From Candidatus Pelagibacter ubique HTCC1062 (GTDB taxonomy: Bacteria; Pseudomonadota; Alphaproteobacteria; Pelagibacterales; Pelagibacteraceae): 32,000 nt of DNA. The translations under genes were made by a program, and so were the position numbers. The stretch spans positions 1-32,000 of the forward strand of contig NC_007205.1 in NCBI RefSeq assembly GCF_000012345.1, read 5' to 3'. Below, one piece after another: positions 10,257-17,556 of this stretch (its first letter is position 1; each line of letters starts with the position of its first letter). Below the pieces are notes generated by a model. It made no database searches and had not been told where the DNA came from. It worked only from the letters and a program-made list of their open reading frames with translations.

Positions 10257-10516
10257 GTTGGCTTGCCAACTACGACGATAAACGAATTTCGTAATAACCA
10301 TTACGGACGTGGGGGCAGTACCCACCACCTCCACCATTTACAACTTACGGGGGTGAAATAGGATCGACGGGTGACTAAAGGCTATTCTTTCGTTCGGGAT
10401 TGTTCCACCGTAACGGGCTAAACTTTAAATGCTGACGAAAGTTACGCACTTGCTGCATAATTAACTTAGGTTAATTTTAGAAGCACGGTCTGGGGCACCG
10501 GGTAACAGAACGCCCC
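10257..10516 (+). ncRNA. ssrA: Two-piece (circularly permuted) tmRNA gene. Acceptor piece is about 10257/10281..10336, ending in CCA. A 12-nt spacer follows. Coding piece is 10349..about 10516.
   Basis: - This is the only G+C-rich island in the window.
- The coding piece opens with GGGGGTGAAATAGGATCGACGGG, the canonical tmRNA 5' end.
- GGGGGUG (10349..10355) pairs with CACCUCC (10326..10332), followed by A and CCA (10333..10336). This gives a 7-bp acceptor stem with the G3:U70 alanine identity pair.
- GGACG precedes a T-arm GUGGG/CCCAC (10309..10313 / 10321..10325) with a 7-nt loop.
- P2-like inter-piece pairing: 10371..10374 with 10301..10304, 10380..10386 with 10293..10299, and 10389..10394 with 10281..10286.
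- The tag frame is GCT GAC GAA AGT TAC GCA CTT GCT GCA TAA.
- The stop codon sits at the base of hairpin TTAAC-TTAG-GTTAA.
- An H-type pseudoknot is possible at the 3' end: CGGU/ACCG and GGGGC/GCCCC (10486..10516). Confidence 0.88.
10431..10460 (+). other. tmRNA tag reading frame encoding ADESYALAA plus a TAA stop (trans-translation degradation tag)
   Basis: The resume codon is GCT at 10431. The frame ends in the canonical ...YALAA degron, followed by TAA at 10458..10460. An in-frame TAA lies three codons upstream of the AAT that precedes GCT, as expected for a non-initiated frame. Confidence 0.8.
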
Positions 10517-10518
10517 TA

Positions 10519-10890
10519 CTAATTTACAAATTTAGTTAGATCAGGTTTAAAATATTTAGGGCCCTTCATAACTTTTCCAGATTCGTTATAAATTGGTTTA
10601 CCATCTTCACCTAATTTGCTCATATTTGAGTTTTGCACTTCTGCAAAACACTTATCAAGATCAATGCCAAACGCATGTCCAGCCCCATAAGTTACATACA
10701 ATATATCTGTTAAAGCATCTGCAACTTCCAAAAGATCTTTATTTTCCATTGCTTCTTTAAGCTCTTCTAATTCCTCTTTTATTAAATCATATCTAAGACT
10801 ATTGATCTTATCAGTGCTAAAAGATGGCTTAGTTTTGACTTCTTGACCAAAGGTTTCCATAAAAGTTTTTACTTTGTTAAAATTTGACAT
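10519..10890 (-). CDS. Small all-alpha NTP pyrophosphohydrolase, MazG/HisE (PRA-PH)-like
   Basis: 123 aa. The metal-binding acidic helix pattern is LIKEELEELKEA...LLEVADALTDILYV (EExxE ... ExxD), typical of the MazG-like all-alpha NTP-PPase superfamily. AGGAG lies 5 nt upstream of the ATG. The specific substrate cannot be read from the sequence. Confidence 0.6.
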   Translation of the reverse strand: MSNFNKVKTFMETFGQEVKTKPSFSTDKINSLRYDLIKEELEELKEAMENKDLLEVADALTDILYVTYGAGHAFGIDLDKCFAEVQNSNMSKLGEDGKPIYNESGKVMKGPKYFKPDLTKFVN

Positions 10891-10956
10891 TTAGCTCCTG
10901 TAAGTTTTTAAAAATTAATATATAAGTATACTAAATTACTAATTATATATTAATCA

Positions 10957-12345
10957 ATGAAATTAAGAAAAGAATTCGATAGCATTGGAAGTATCAACGT
11001 ACCTAGTGATAGATATTGGGGTGCATCAACTCAAAGATCTAATAAATTTTTTAATATTGGAAAAATTTTAGTTAATATTTCAATAATAAAATCTATTGCG
11101 ATCATTAAAAGATCTGCTGCTTTAGTGCATTATAAAGAAAAGCAAATAAATAAAAAAATTACTAATTCAATAATTAAAGCTTCAGATGAAGTTATTAAAG
11201 GAAAACTAGATGAAAATTTTCCTTTAAAGGTTTGGCAAACAGGATCTGGCACACAAACTAATATGAATGTTAATGAGGTAATTGCAAACCGAGCAATTGA
11301 AATATTGGGTGGAAAAAAAGGTTCAAAAAAACCAGTTCATCCAAATGATCATGTAAATAAATCTCAATCAACAAATGATGTTTTTCCAACAGCTATGCAT
11401 ATATCTGTTGCTCAAGAGACTATATCAAAACTATTACCTAACTTAAAAATTTTAGAAAAAGAATTAGCAAAAAAATCTAAAGAATTTAAAAATATTATTA
11501 AAATTGGCAGAACCCATTTACAAGATGCAACACCATTATCACTTGGGCAAGAATTTTCAGGCTACCAGGTACAGCTAAAAAAATGCATTGAAAGAGTAGA
11601 GCTTTCACTTAAAGAAATATATTTTTTAGCGCAAGGTGGGACGGCTGTTGGAACAGGTATTAACTCTAAAAAAGGTTTTGATAAAAAAATTGTTAAAGAG
11701 ATTGCTAAATACACAAAAATCCCCTTTAAACCAGCTCCAAATAAATTTGCAGAACTTGCAGCTCACGACTCTATTGTAAATTTTTCAGGCACACTAAATA
11801 CCTGTGCTGTTGCATTAATGAAAATATCAAATGATGTGAGATTTTTAGGTTCAGGGCCTCGTGCTGGATATGGTGAATTAATATTACCAGAAAATGAACC
11901 TGGTTCATCTATTATGCCAGGAAAAGTTAACCCTACTCAATGTGAGGCAGTAACAATGGTTTGTGCCAAAGTAATGGGCAATCATAATGGAATTACAATT
12001 GCTGGATCACATGGGCATTTTGAATTGAATGTATTTAAGCCAATGATTGCTCATAATGTACTTCAATCGATAGATCTTATTGCTGATAGTACTAAAAATT
12101 TTGCGATTTATTGTGTTAAAGGAATAAAAGCTAACAAGAAAAGAATTAAAGAGCATCTGGATAATTCTTTAATGCTAGTAACAGCGCTAGCCCCGCACAT
12201 TGGATATGATAATGCAGCAAAAATTGCAAAGACTGCTTTAAAAAATGGGACAACACTAAAATATGAAACTCTTAAAACAGGTCTTGTTGATGAGAAAGAT
12301 TATGAGAAAATAGTAGATCCTAAAAAAATGATTTACCCCTCATAA
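10957..12345 (+). CDS. fumC: Class II fumarate hydratase
   Basis: 462 aa. The N-terminus is [21 protein letters not shown] (FumC-type WGAQTQRS). The signature loop [16 protein letters not shown], plus [10 protein letters not shown] and [14 protein letters not shown], are also present. Confidence 0.92.
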   Translation: MKLRKEFDSIGSINVPSDRYWGASTQRSNKFFNIGKILVNISIIKSIAIIKRSAALVHYKEKQINKKITNSIIKASDEVIKGKLDENFPLKVWQTGSGTQTNMNVNEVIANRAIEILGGKKGSKKPVHPNDHVNKSQSTNDVFPTAMHISVAQETISKLLPNLKILEKELAKKSKEFKNIIKIGRTHLQDATPLSLGQEFSGYQVQLKKCIERVELSLKEIYFLAQGGTAVGTGINSKKGFDKKIVKEIAKYTKIPFKPAPNKFAELAAHDSIVNFSGTLNTCAVALMKISNDVRFLGSGPRAGYGELILPENEPGSSIMPGKVNPTQCEAVTMVCAKVMGNHNGITIAGSHGHFELNVFKPMIAHNVLQSIDLIADSTKNFAIYCVKGIKANKKRIKEHLDNSLMLVTALAPHIGYDNAAKIAKTALKNGTTLKYETLKTGLVDEKDYEKIVDPKKMIYPS

Positions 12346-13784
12346 AGACCTATTAGTTCGTTTAATAATCTTCTACTTTTAGTTAAATTATTAAAATTAG
12401 TATCATTAAAACCTTCAGTTATATTGTAAAATTGATCACTTACTTTATTCTCGTCTATCTTAATATTTTTAAATGCAATTTCATCACCCAATAGATCATA
12501 AATTATATTTAACTTAATATTTCTAATGTTTTTTCTTGAATTTTTACTGGTGTTTAAAAAAGAGTATAATTTATCAATATCTTTAATGTCTATTGATAAA
12601 TTAGCAGTTAAAATTAATCTATCATTTTCTAAAAATAAATCACTATTTGAAACTTCTAATAAACCAATATTGTTGTTGATAAACATTGATTTATCAAAAT
12701 TTATTTTACCATTTAAAACTTTTAACTCTAGTTTAGCTTCATTAAAGATTTTATCTTTTTTTGTAGATTTAATATTTACTAAAGTTTGTACACTAATATT
12801 TTCATTAAACAATAAACCTGATTTAATAAATTCATAAATGATAGAATTTGGTGTAAATAAATTTGAAATTTTATAATCGTATAAATTAATTTTTAGATTT
12901 AGATCAAATGGATTTATTGCAAGTTGTCCATTGTAATCTATTTTAGAGTTATAAATTCTAGAACCATCTGATTGAAATATAACTATTTGATCCTTAATAC
13001 TGTATTTCGTATTGATAGATGAATTTAGTATAGAAATATTATTCATTCCACTTTTTAAATCTTCATCTTTTTTAAAAAATTTATCTATAATTTTAAGTTT
13101 AAGATCAGGAGCCTTTATATTAATATTTTTTTGTGAATTTATTGTATTTTGATAATTTAATGTAAAAGGTATATTGAAAATTTCTCCATTTAAATCAAAA
13201 AGGTTAAATAAATTTTTTTCATCAAAAAATAAAAATGCATTGGAGATTTTTATAATTGAAATTACTTCATTTAAATTATCTTTTAAAAAAATATTACTAT
13301 TATTAATTTTTATTTTTTTTTTTGAAAATTTATTTTCACTGTCTTTATAAAGTGGTTTTAAATTATTACTTAATAAAGAAAAATTTGCCTCTTCAATAAC
13401 TACTTCGTTTATTCTAATACTATCCTTATTGAAAAAATTATTTTGACTAATAAAAACATTTAATGTTTTAATCTCTGCTAAAGAAATTTTGCTGTCTCTA
13501 ATTAAATAATGAGGTTTTGGTAAAATACGATATGAGATATCAAAAGAGTTACTTAGATTTATATTAAATTCATTACCTAATTTAGTTACAACTTTATTTT
13601 GTATCCAATTTTTGTCATATAAAAGAGGTATTAATAAATAAAAAATATAGGTAAATAATATAATAATTGTTGTTATTATATATTTATTAAAAGTACTAAC
13701 ATGAAACTTATTATTTGTTTTATTTTTAAGTTTGAATATTGTCTTATTAATTAAGTTATTAAAATTTTTAACAATTTGTTTCAT
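12333..13784 (-). CDS. N-terminally membrane-anchored protein, possibly AsmA family. Function not established.
   Basis: 483 aa. There is a single TM helix ([21 protein letters not shown]). The next segment ([43 protein letters not shown]) resembles the AsmA N-terminal region in layout. The rest is N/K/I-rich with an alternating beta-like pattern. A long uninterrupted ORF in AT-rich DNA supports real coding. Confidence 0.5.
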   Translation of the reverse strand: MKQIVKNFNNLINKTIFKLKNKTNNKFHVSTFNKYIITTIIILFTYIFYLLIPLLYDKNWIQNKVVTKLGNEFNINLSNSFDISYRILPKPHYLIRDSKISLAEIKTLNVFISQNNFFNKDSIRINEVVIEEANFSLLSNNLKPLYKDSENKFSKKKIKINNSNIFLKDNLNEVISIIKISNAFLFFDEKNLFNLFDLNGEIFNIPFTLNYQNTINSQKNINIKAPDLKLKIIDKFFKKDEDLKSGMNNISILNSSINTKYSIKDQIVIFQSDGSRIYNSKIDYNGQLAINPFDLNLKINLYDYKISNLFTPNSIIYEFIKSGLLFNENISVQTLVNIKSTKKDKIFNEAKLELKVLNGKINFDKSMFINNNIGLLEVSNSDLFLENDRLILTANLSIDIKDIDKLYSFLNTSKNSRKNIRNIKLNIIYDLLGDEIAFKNIKIDENKVSDQFYNITEGFNDTNFNNLTKSRRLLNELIGLYEG

Positions 13785-13828
13785 AAATCATATTGAAAGT
13801 TTTAATAGCTTATAATCAAATTTAAAAA

Positions 13829-15865
13829 ATGATAAACTCTGAATATTTAAACAACCTGAATAATGCTCAAAAAGAAGCTGTTTTATATCTTGATGGACCG
13901 TTACTAATTGTTGCAGGAGCTGGATCTGGAAAAACGAAAGTTCTCACTTCAAGAATTGCTCATATAATCAACGAAAAAAAAGCTTTTCCAAACCAAATCT
14001 TATCAGTGACTTTTACTAATAAGGCTGCAAAAGAAATGCAAAACAGAGTAAGCTCAATATTAAATTCTGAGGCTATAGGACTTTCTTGGCTTGGAACCTT
14101 TCACTCTATATGTGCAAAACTACTTAGAAAGCACGCACCAGCAGCTGGATTAACTTCAAACTTTACAATTATTGATACAGATGACCAGGTAAGATTAATC
14201 AAAAATATATGTAAAGCTGAAAATATAGACATAAAACAATTAGCCCCAAAATTTATTCTTTCAATAATTGATAGGTGGAAAAATAAAGGCTTCCATCCAG
14301 ATGAAGTCGTTATCAATAAAAATGATATTTTTGAAAGAACTATACGTCCTCTATATAAAATTTATCAACAAAAGTTATTAGATTTAAATGCATGTGACTT
14401 TGGAGATTTAATTTTACACGTGGTTAAAATTTTAGAAAAAAATCATGACATTAGAAATATTTATTCAAATAATTTTAAATATATACTTGTAGATGAGTAT
14501 CAAGATACTAATTATATACAAAGTAGATGGCTAAACTTGCTCTCAGAAAAGCATAAAAATTTATGCTGTGTTGGAGATGATGATCAATCCATTTATAGTT
14601 GGCGTGGAGCAGAGATAAAAAATTTCTTAGAGTTTGATCAAGTATATAAAAATTCAAAAGTAATAAGATTAGAAGAAAATTATCGTTCCTCACAAAATAT
14701 ATTATCTGTTGCTTCAAATCTTATAGCTAACAATCAAAACAGAGTTGGAAAAACTTTAAAGACAACTATGGAGGAAGGAGATCTTGTTAAGCTTAATTGT
14801 TTTAAGAATGGAAAAGATGAAGCAATAGGGGTTTCTGATGAAATTGAAAAAAAACTTAAAAAAAAATATTCTTTTAATAATATTGCTATTCTAGTTAGAG
14901 CTATTTTTCAGACAAGAGAATTTGAGGAAAGATTTTTAAAAATTGGCTTACCCTACAGAATTCTTGGTGGGACAAAATTTTATGAAAGAGCAGAAATTAA
15001 AGATTGTGTTGCCTATTTAAGATTGATTCACCAGCCAAAAGATGATTTAGCTTTTGATAGAATAGTCAATAATCCCAAAAGAGCAATTGGAGAAAGTACT
15101 ATAAAATTAATTCATGAGTTTTCAAAAACAAACGCTGTTAGTTTAGAAATTGCTTCTAAAAAATTAATTGAAGAAAATTTAATTAAACCCAAAACTAAAA
15201 TTGGTCTAAGCTCTTTTTTATTCTTAATGGATAAGTGGAGGAATGACATTAATATTAAAAAAATTAACCATGTTAAATTATTACAACTAGTTTTAGATGA
15301 ATCTGGTTATTCAAGTATGTTAAAAAACAAAAAAGATTTGGAAAATGAAAACAGACTTGAAAATATTAAAGAGCTTTTAAGTGCGATGAAAGATTTTGAT
15401 AATTTAGAAAATTTTCTAGAACATGTGGCTCTTGCCACCTCAGTTGATCAGGATTGGGATGGGGAAAAAGTTAACATGATGACAATGCATGGATCTAAAG
15501 GACTTGAATTTGATGTGGTTTTCTTACCCGGTTGGGAAGAAGGTCTTTTCCCACACCAAAAATCCATTGAAGAGAAAGGCCAAAATGGGCTTGAAGAAGA
15601 AAGGCGATTGGCATATGTGGGAATAACAAGGGCAAAAAAAAAAGCACTGATATCTTTTGCTATGAATAGGTTTTATCAAGGAAATTGGATAGATAGTATG
15701 GCTTCAAGATTTATTGAGGAATTACCAGAAAAATTTTTAGAAAAGAATTCTTTTTTTGACGACTCTAAAGATAATGAAGAAGATTTTGAATTTAATCAAG
15801 ATTTTGAAATTGAAGAAGGAACTAGAAGTCCTGGATGGATAAGATATCAAAAAAGAATTAAATGA
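13829..15865 (+). CDS. uvrD: UvrD/Rep/PcrA-family ATP-dependent DNA helicase (SF1A)
   Basis: 678 aa. Helicase motifs are AGAGSGKT (I), TFTNKAA (Ia), VDEYQDTN (II), GDDDQSIYSWRGA (III), NYRS (IV), TMHGSKGLEFD (V) and VGITRA (VI). Confidence 0.88.
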   Translation: MINSEYLNNLNNAQKEAVLYLDGPLLIVAGAGSGKTKVLTSRIAHIINEKKAFPNQILSVTFTNKAAKEMQNRVSSILNSEAIGLSWLGTFHSICAKLLRKHAPAAGLTSNFTIIDTDDQVRLIKNICKAENIDIKQLAPKFILSIIDRWKNKGFHPDEVVINKNDIFERTIRPLYKIYQQKLLDLNACDFGDLILHVVKILEKNHDIRNIYSNNFKYILVDEYQDTNYIQSRWLNLLSEKHKNLCCVGDDDQSIYSWRGAEIKNFLEFDQVYKNSKVIRLEENYRSSQNILSVASNLIANNQNRVGKTLKTTMEEGDLVKLNCFKNGKDEAIGVSDEIEKKLKKKYSFNNIAILVRAIFQTREFEERFLKIGLPYRILGGTKFYERAEIKDCVAYLRLIHQPKDDLAFDRIVNNPKRAIGESTIKLIHEFSKTNAVSLEIASKKLIEENLIKPKTKIGLSSFLFLMDKWRNDINIKKINHVKLLQLVLDESGYSSMLKNKKDLENENRLENIKELLSAMKDFDNLENFLEHVALATSVDQDWDGEKVNMMTMHGSKGLEFDVVFLPGWEEGLFPHQKSIEEKGQNGLEEERRLAYVGITRAKKKALISFAMNRFYQGNWIDSMASRFIEELPEKFLEKNSFFDDSKDNEEDFEFNQDFEIEEGTRSPGWIRYQKRIK

Positions 15866-17556
15866 TTTTAAAAAAAATAAAAATTCTAAGAAAAAAATTT
15901 AAACAATATAACATTGATGGTTATATTATTCCAAAAAATGATGAATATTTTTCTGAATATGCAAAAAATGATAGGTTAAAGAATATTACAGGATTTTCAG
16001 GTTCTGCAGGTTTTACAGTAGTTTTAAAAAAACAAAATTATCTATTTGTCGATGGAAGGTATACTATTCAAGCGCATCAACAATCATCTAAAAATTTTAA
16101 GATTATTGAAATTCATAAAAAACTGCCTCACACAATTATTAAGAATTTTAATTTAGGCTATGACCCAACACTATTTACATCAAAATTACTTAATAAATAT
16201 TTCAAGAATAATAACTTAATTTCAATTGACCAAAACTTAATTGACCAAATATTTAAATTCAAAGAAAAACCTACTAAACCATTCTACTCTTTAGACACAA
16301 AAATTGCAGGTGAGCCATATAGTTATAAAATTTCTAAAGTAGTGCGATTTCTTAAAAAAAACAAAGCAGATTATTGTTTCATTTCTGCACCTGAAAATGT
16401 GGCATGGCTTTTGAATATTCGTGGATATGATAATCCAAATAGCCCAATTGCAAATGCAAGATTGATACTAAATAAAAAAAAAGAATTTTTTTTAATAGCA
16501 AATGAAAAAAAATTAAAAAATCTTCTATTAGATAAAAAGATTAAAAAAAAACAAATTTTACCAATCAAATCACTTCCACAATTTTTAGATAATTTAAAAG
16601 GTAAAAATTTTATTATTGATAATAAAACCTGCTCGATTTTTTATGAAAAAATAATTAAATCAAATTTTAATATACTTAAATTTGATGATCCTGTTTATGA
16701 ATTAAAATCAATGAAAAATTCTAATGAAATAAAACATATGATCGAAGCCCATAAAAAAGATGGCTTAGCGTTAACAAAATTTATTTATTGGATTAAAAAT
16801 GTTAATAAAAAAAAAATTACAGAAGTGTATGCACAAAACAAATTAGAAAAATTCAGAAAACTAAATAAAGATTATTTATTTCCAAGTTTTGACACTATTG
16901 CTGGCGCTGGCTCAAATGGGGCAATTGTTCATTATAGGGCTAATAAAAAAACAACTAAAAAAATTGAACAGAATGATATTTTATTGGTAGATTCTGGTGG
17001 ACAATATCATTACGGTACTACAGATGTTACGAGGACTATTTCATTCTCAAAACAAAATAAATTTATCAAAAATGCTTATACGAACGTATTAAAAGGACAT
17101 ATTGCAGTTGCCTTAACAAATTTGAATAAAGATGACACTGGAAAAAAAATCGACATAAGAGCTAGAAAATATTTAAAAAAAGAAGGTCAAGATTATGCTC
17201 ACGGAACAGGCCATGGAGTTGGTTTTTTTTTAAACGTCCATGAAGGACCTCAATCTATCTCAAAACATAATTCGATAAAGATAAAAAATGGAATGATCCT
17301 GAGTAATGAACCAGGTTTTTATAAAAAAAACCACTTTGGTATTAGGATCGAAAACTTAATCTATGCCAAAAAAACCAAAAGAAGCTTTAACTTTGAAAAC
17401 CTCACACTTGCTCCGTTAGAAAAAGATTTAATTAACTACGAGTTATTAAATAAAATAGAAAAAGATTACTTGTTTAAATATCATTTAAATATTTATTCAG
17501 AATTTTCTAGTTTACTTAATAAAAAAGAAAGAAAGTGGTTAGCCACTCTTATTTAA
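15862..17556 (+). CDS. pepP: Xaa-Pro aminopeptidase, M24B family (long three-domain form)
   Basis: 564 aa. The pita-bread metal ligand contexts are VDSGGQYHYGTTDVTRT, HGTGHGVG, SNEPGFY and IRIEN. The start overlaps the uvrD stop (ATGA at 15862..15865). Confidence 0.85.
   Translation: MILKKIKILRKKFKQYNIDGYIIPKNDEYFSEYAKNDRLKNITGFSGSAGFTVVLKKQNYLFVDGRYTIQAHQQSSKNFKIIEIHKKLPHTIIKNFNLGYDPTLFTSKLLNKYFKNNNLISIDQNLIDQIFKFKEKPTKPFYSLDTKIAGEPYSYKISKVVRFLKKNKADYCFISAPENVAWLLNIRGYDNPNSPIANARLILNKKKEFFLIANEKKLKNLLLDKKIKKKQILPIKSLPQFLDNLKGKNFIIDNKTCSIFYEKIIKSNFNILKFDDPVYELKSMKNSNEIKHMIEAHKKDGLALTKFIYWIKNVNKKKITEVYAQNKLEKFRKLNKDYLFPSFDTIAGAGSNGAIVHYRANKKTTKKIEQNDILLVDSGGQYHYGTTDVTRTISFSKQNKFIKNAYTNVLKGHIAVALTNLNKDDTGKKIDIRARKYLKKEGQDYAHGTGHGVGFFLNVHEGPQSISKHNSIKIKNGMILSNEPGFYKKNHFGIRIENLIYAKKTKRSFNFENLTLAPLEKDLINYELLNKIEKDYLFKYHLNIYSEFSSLLNKKERKWLATLI

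Noticed and set aside
10215-10337. The 41-codon N-terminal extension of the tracked ThyX ORF ([41 protein letters not shown])
   Set aside because: It is the reverse complement of the tmRNA acceptor piece and its promoter. It has atypical G+C-rich codons and no resemblance to ThyX N-termini. The first Met after it (10214) gives a normal-length ThyX.
10257-10890. ssrA plus an adjacent MazG-like gene as a remnant of a phage or genomic island integrated at tmRNA
   Set aside because: There is no integrase, no direct repeat of the tmRNA 3' end and no compositional shift in the flanking DNA. In a permuted ssrA the usual attB (the 3' CCA end) is internal. One small gene is not enough evidence for an island.
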